Origin: Psychrobacter cryohalolentis K5
Lineage (GTDB): Bacteria; Pseudomonadota; Gammaproteobacteria; Pseudomonadales; Moraxellaceae
DNA length: 32,000 nt
Direction: 5' to 3'
NCBI RefSeq assembly: GCF_000013905.1
Contig: NC_007969.1
Location: 270,001-302,000, forward strand
Both the position numbers and the translations under genes were made by a program. The notes under the pieces are model-generated. The model did not search any database. It had not been told where the DNA came from and worked only from the letters and a program-made list of their open reading frames with translations. Shown one piece after another: positions 27,976 to 32,000 of the stretch (the stretch's first letter is position 1; each line of letters begins with the position of its first letter).

Positions 27976-29472
27976 ATGATAAATACGCATAAGCACACTC
28001 AAAGCTCTGAAATGAATATCATGACGGTATTTGAACATCAGCGTTTAATAGCGTCTAATTTCTTGTACGACTCTGATTTTCAGTGGCTGATAACCCAAGA
28101 GCTGTCAGTATTTAGTATTAAACGCAAGCAAGGACAGTGGCAACTCAAGGTTGGACATTATATTGGCGTGATTGTACTGCCTAGTGGCATGACTCTTGAG
28201 ATACTGCCAAAATTTATCGCAAACACTGCTAGCAACTCTATTAAGCAGCCATATCAGTCAAATGAATCACCAGTAGATGCGGATATTGTACAAACCCGTC
28301 ACTGGGTACAAAATATGCTGTCAGACCTAATGAACAGTAATGATAACAAATCGCCTCACAGCAAAAATTTTAGGCAATTCAGCCGCCAGTTGACAGCGCT
28401 GCCAGTCACCACATTGCCTTTATCAGATTGGCTCAGTATGCAGCTTTTGCAGCGTTTAACGAATTATCAACCGACCAAACAGTATCAAACCCAAATCCAT
28501 AACCAAGCAGCAATTCAAGGACGTTTACTCATAAAAGAGCAATTACGCCATAACAGTATGCAGCCACATAAATTTGTGTGTGAGCGCAGTGTGCTGAACC
28601 AAGACATGCTAGGCAATCGAGTCATTAAGAGCGCATTAACACTGCTGAGGCCTTTGTTGCCCCAATCAAATCTGCTTTTACATTTACAGCCATGGCAGCA
28701 AGTGTCTGTCCTACATCAGCATGAAATACGCCAGCTAGAGTCGATATACTTTCAAGCAAAGCGTGAACTTGCCATTCAGCCGCTGCAAGCAAAGCAATTA
28801 CAAGCCGCCTTGCAACTGGTAGATTTCGCTTATTGGCTGCTTAGTCAATCAAATATGGAAATCGGTCATAGTATTAATGCACCAAAACCATTTGGTAGTA
28901 GATCTACACCGCCACGCTTATGCTTACTGATAGATATGAATCAAGCGTTTGAGCAATGGGCAGGCCAGCGTATCGCTTTGTCTTTTCAGCAATTAAGCGA
29001 CGACTATAAACCATTATTCCAAGCGCAACGTGTTTGGCTTAATGATGCAGAAGGGCAGGCGTGTTTGTCTATTCGCCCTGATTTATTGATTTATCGCCAG
29101 ATGCGTTCGAATACTAAAAATAAAGAGAAGCATGATGATACTTTACCAATAAAGAATTTACGAGCAAATCCATCACCAGAAAAACAAGCAGGTCAATATA
29201 GTCACGTGATCGATATTAAATGGAAGCCTTTAGCGCATGCCAGCGCCATTAGTGCCAGCGACGCTTATCAACTGAGCAGCTATGCGCAGGCTTATCAAGC
29301 AGAGCAAGTCTGGCTGGTATATCCAGTGCAAGATAATCAAAGACGAGCGGTTGTATTAAAGCAAGATACTCAGGACATATACAATAGTGAAAATGCACCC
29401 TATGCTCAGTTATGGCTGATACCTTTTAATGTGCTCACAGGTACGATAAACATTGACTTGCTTCCGACATAA
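27976..29472 (+). CDS. McrC-like nuclease subunit
   Basis: GAGGA SD 8 nt upstream, 12 nt after the mcrB-like stop. The N-terminal VGxxIGVIxLPSGxTLEILPK block and NRVIKSALTLL resemble E. coli McrC (NRIIKSTLAIL). PD (D369, 29080) ... DIK (D413/K415, 29212-29220) forms a PD-(D/E)xK motif, followed by AYQLSSYA (compare LYQLMNYL). Confidence 0.8.
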   Translation: MINTHKHTQSSEMNIMTVFEHQRLIASNFLYDSDFQWLITQELSVFSIKRKQGQWQLKVGHYIGVIVLPSGMTLEILPKFIANTASNSIKQPYQSNESPVDADIVQTRHWVQNMLSDLMNSNDNKSPHSKNFRQFSRQLTALPVTTLPLSDWLSMQLLQRLTNYQPTKQYQTQIHNQAAIQGRLLIKEQLRHNSMQPHKFVCERSVLNQDMLGNRVIKSALTLLRPLLPQSNLLLHLQPWQQVSVLHQHEIRQLESIYFQAKRELAIQPLQAKQLQAALQLVDFAYWLLSQSNMEIGHSINAPKPFGSRSTPPRLCLLIDMNQAFEQWAGQRIALSFQQLSDDYKPLFQAQRVWLNDAEGQACLSIRPDLLIYRQMRSNTKNKEKHDDTLPIKNLRANPSPEKQAGQYSHVIDIKWKPLAHASAISASDAYQLSSYAQAYQAEQVWLVYPVQDNQRRAVVLKQDTQDIYNSENAPYAQLWLIPFNVLTGTINIDLLPT

Positions 29473-29603
29473 GATTTAGCATAATATGCGCTTAGCTCAT
29501 AAGGCACTATGTTGAGTAGCGCTTGTTGTCGACGCTTAGTTTATAAGAAATAAGCCTTTTTTAAATAATTTAGCAGTTATTTCAAATTAATTAAAAATAG
29601 GTG

Positions 29604-29632
29604 TTGACACCATCGGCGTTTCCCCTTAATAT
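29604..29632 (+). promoter_or_regulatory. Near-consensus sigma-70 promoter of the tRNA operon
   Basis: TTGACA (29604-29609), a 17-nt spacer, then TAATAT (29627-29632). It is preceded by an AT-rich UP-like tract and followed by a GC-rich discriminator (GTGCACCTCG), about 80 nt upstream of tRNA-Pro. Confidence 0.6.
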
Positions 29633-29720
29633 GTGCACCTCGATAGCAAGGAACGTTAGCCAGTTAGTGGCATTGCCAATAACCAGTTAATCAACAAACT
29701 ATCGTGTTAATAGAGAATTT

Positions 29721-29797
<77 letters not shown>

Positions 29798-29889
29798 TCT
29801 ATTTAAGAGCCTTACAGGCTTTTTTTTATGTATAATGGTTTGGTTTCTTGTATATCAAGCGGACCAAAATATGTAAAAGTCCTCTAAGA

Positions 29890-29966
29890 GCGCCTGTAGC
29901 TCAGTTGGATAGAGCATCTCCCTTCTAAGGAGGTGGCCGCAGGTTCGAATCCTGCCAGGCGCACCA
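29890..29966 (+). tRNA. tRNA-Arg (anticodon UCU)
   Basis: GCGCCTG/CAGGCGC acceptor stem, anticodon loop CTTCTAA, GGTTCGAATCC T-loop, CCA end. Resembles E. coli argU. Confidence 0.93.
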
Positions 29967-30005
29967 TTTAGCCTGCATATATTGCCGAATTTTGGCAACA
30001 GTTAT

Positions 30006-30082
30006 GGCGGTTGTAGCTCAGTTGGTAGAGCCCCGGGTTGTGATCTCGGTTGTCGTGGGTTCGAGTCCCATCAGTCGCCCCA
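30006..30082 (+). tRNA. tRNA-His (anticodon GUG)
   Basis: Extra G at position -1, the hallmark of tRNA-His. Anticodon loop TTGTGAT, GGGTTCGAGTCCC T-arm, CCCA 3' end. Confidence 0.92.
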
Positions 30083-30139
30083 TTTTTTGCTGTATCCCTT
30101 CTATTTATATCTATATTAAAATCATTTAAAAAAAGCCGC

Positions 30140-30160
30140 TGCCATTTTTGGCATTTTTTT
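30140..30160 (+). terminator. Weak hairpin plus T-run downstream of the tRNA operon
   Basis: TGCCA-TTTT-TGGCA 5-bp stem followed by TTTTTTT. A T-run also follows tRNA-His directly. Confidence 0.4.
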
Positions 30161-30430
30161 GTACCTGTCTGTTTTATATCTTTTTGCCTCTGTGATAGTC
30201 CTAAACCTTTTAAGTCGCTCATGATCTAACGGTCTACTGGCGTTTTGTATCATTTTTTCTTATGATACATATTGTGTCGTAAGGGCTTTATAAAGGTACA
30301 TTAGCTGTACTGTCAAAGAAAAATTTATCTCAGTAGTACTATATTTTTAAATAAAATCGATCCTCATATTAATGCGATTTTTTTATTAAAGTGGCGCGTT
30401 ATTGAGCAGCTGTTATTGAGGAAATGGTTA

Positions 30431-31366
30431 ATGGACGCATTAAGCGTGTTACTACAAAATGTACATTTATTCGATACGAAATACTATCGCTTAAATGGTA
30501 CAGGCAATTGGTCTTACTCACTCACTAGACAAGATACGATTGTGTTTTATTTGGTGATGTCTGGTAGCTTTTGTATTGATATGGGCAGTGGACTCAGAGA
30601 AGCGCATGCTGGCGACATTATTATGATTCCTAGCGCGCACAATCATGTCAGTTACGCGCTCAACCATCATGGTGAGAGTGCCAAACCTTTGGATGAGTTG
30701 CTTACTAATTGCACGGAACAAGTGCTTGATATTCAGGGCGATGGTGATGCCCAATCATCTTTGATACTGATTGAATGCAAGTACGATAAAGAGATGATTC
30801 GTCCTTTATTATCAGTGCTACCAACGATATTGCCTGAAATTAACGATGAATCTGATGGTCGGTTCGAGGTGATTGATGTTGAGATTCGACTGCTGACGTT
30901 AGAAGCTGAGCATGAGCGGATGGGTAAGACGGCGATTATCAATCATTGGGCAAGTATTATGATGATTGAGTGTTTGCGGGTTTATATCGAAAGTTTGCCT
31001 GAAGCCACGGACAGTTGGCTAAAAGCCATGAAAGACCCGTTTTTAACCAAGGCATTGGTCGCCATGCACGAAAATCCAAGCCAGAACTGGAGCATTCATG
31101 AGCTTGCTGAAGTTGCAGGTATGTCACGCTCGAGTTTTGCGCAGCGTTTCAAAGACGTGGTTGGTATGCCGCCGTTGACCTATCTGATTGACTACCGTTT
31201 GCGTCTGGCGGCACGTTATTTGCGCTTGCAGCAAAATAGTATCAGCCGTATTAGTGAGCTAGTGGGCTATGCCTCAGACTCAACCTTTAGCCAAGCCTTT
31301 AAGCGCGTGTATGGCATATCGCCAAAAGCGTACCGCCAGCAATATCAAAAACAAAACCTTGCTTAG
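30431..31366 (+). CDS. AraC-family transcriptional regulator with N-terminal cupin-type sensor domain
   Basis: The C-terminal double HTH (WSIHELAEVAGMSRSSFAQRFK ... ISRISELVGYASDSTFSQAFKRVYGISPKAYR) is canonical AraC/XylS. The N-terminus MDALSxLLxxV.. is typical of the cupin_6-type AraC subgroup. The ORF-track start at 30416 is a TTG, so the ATG at 30431 is preferred. Confidence 0.85.
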   Translation: MDALSVLLQNVHLFDTKYYRLNGTGNWSYSLTRQDTIVFYLVMSGSFCIDMGSGLREAHAGDIIMIPSAHNHVSYALNHHGESAKPLDELLTNCTEQVLDIQGDGDAQSSLILIECKYDKEMIRPLLSVLPTILPEINDESDGRFEVIDVEIRLLTLEAEHERMGKTAIINHWASIMMIECLRVYIESLPEATDSWLKAMKDPFLTKALVAMHENPSQNWSIHELAEVAGMSRSSFAQRFKDVVGMPPLTYLIDYRLRLAARYLRLQQNSISRISELVGYASDSTFSQAFKRVYGISPKAYRQQYQKQNLA

Positions 31367-31649
31367 CTGCTACTTCACACATAAATAGTCATCCAAGCTG
31401 TGTGATATTTTCTAAACTGAGTCAGTGATATAATAGCGTCTATCTGATAATAATTTTTCATCATTAGCATTTCGATCTTGCACAGCTGACAATGAGTGTA
31501 GGTTAAGGTACTATGGAATGACAATGAAGTAATAAGTCGCCTAGTTGCGACAGTGTTTTAGCGACCTATATTTTATGCTTATATATTACGGTCTATCCAG
31601 AATATAGTATGACTTAGGTGATGTTTATTTTTGCAGCTGATGGTGTTTT

Positions 31650-32000
31650 ATGACTGAACCGACCGCAAAACCAAGCGTAAAATCAAATGATCTACAAGAT
31701 TCTTCTGCGTCTATTAATCATAAAGACAAACTTAATAGCAGAGTCAAAGCTAACAATAATCAGCATGACTCAAATCTTCAGCAGGAAAATAGCGCACAGG
31801 CAGGTATGGCTACTCGGCTTGATAAAGCGGCATTATTAGCATTATTTGTTTTGCCAAATGCGGATGGCAGCTTGACAGAGACTAGTTCCGCTAATATAAA
31901 TACTGCTAATCATACTCTAATAAACCAAAGCTTATCTATCTCTGCAAGTGACAGTAGTATTGCTACTCAGCGCGTAGCACTTTATCGGGCGCAGCATGAA
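31650..32000 (+). CDS. Partial ORF (5' end only), unknown function, running off the window
   Basis: From the ATG at 31650 the frame stays open for 117 codons to the window edge (MTEPTAKPSVKSNDLQDSS...). The sequence is polar and N/S/Q-rich, with a weak RBS and no recognisable motif. Confidence 0.35.
   Translation, partial: MTEPTAKPSVKSNDLQDSSASINHKDKLNSRVKANNNQHDSNLQQENSAQAGMATRLDKAALLALFVLPNADGSLTETSSANINTANHTLINQSLSISASDSSIATQRVALYRAQHE

Noticed and set aside
29968-30222. 84-aa ORF on the minus strand
   Set aside because: It overlaps tRNA-His antisense. The ..GTRTHDNRDHNPGLYQLSY.. stretch is the typical artefactual translation of a tRNA gene, and the remainder lies in the terminator and AT-rich spacer.

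Overview
The window reads as a chromosomal segment of a moderately AT-rich gammaproteobacterium. Gene content and protein style (wax-ester synthase, Q/S-rich extensions) suggest Moraxellaceae, possibly Psychrobacter, but that is inference only. About 80% of it is core housekeeping. In order: thiS, a DUF423 protein, rpoH, a TusA-like protein, a BepA-like M48/TPR protease, a YqeY-like protein, rpsU, two lipoproteins (one a cytochrome c5), tsaD, crcB, metR, potCBA, a beta-carbonic anhydrase, a long-form glyoxalase I, cytochrome c-prime, hemF, ribA, dxs, suhB, a WS/DGAT wax-ester synthase, thiG and an orphan gspE. The only clearly accessory stretch is about 24.8-31.4 kb. It holds an exported RidA-family protein, a hotdog-fold protein, a two-gene McrBC-like module (26467-29472), a Pro-Arg-His tRNA operon with a near-consensus promoter, and an AraC-family regulator. 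The McrBC-like pair is the best candidate for something new. Its McrB-like NTPase has no N-terminal DNA-reader domain. Instead it carries a roughly 130-aa insertion inside the AAA+ core just after Walker A, plus a Q/S/N-rich tail. Its McrC-like partner is oversized, with an unusually long loop inside the PD...DxK nuclease motif. I saw no CRISPR array, IS element, integrase or methyltransferase. All homology calls rest on motif recognition by eye and recalled family sequences, not on searches.
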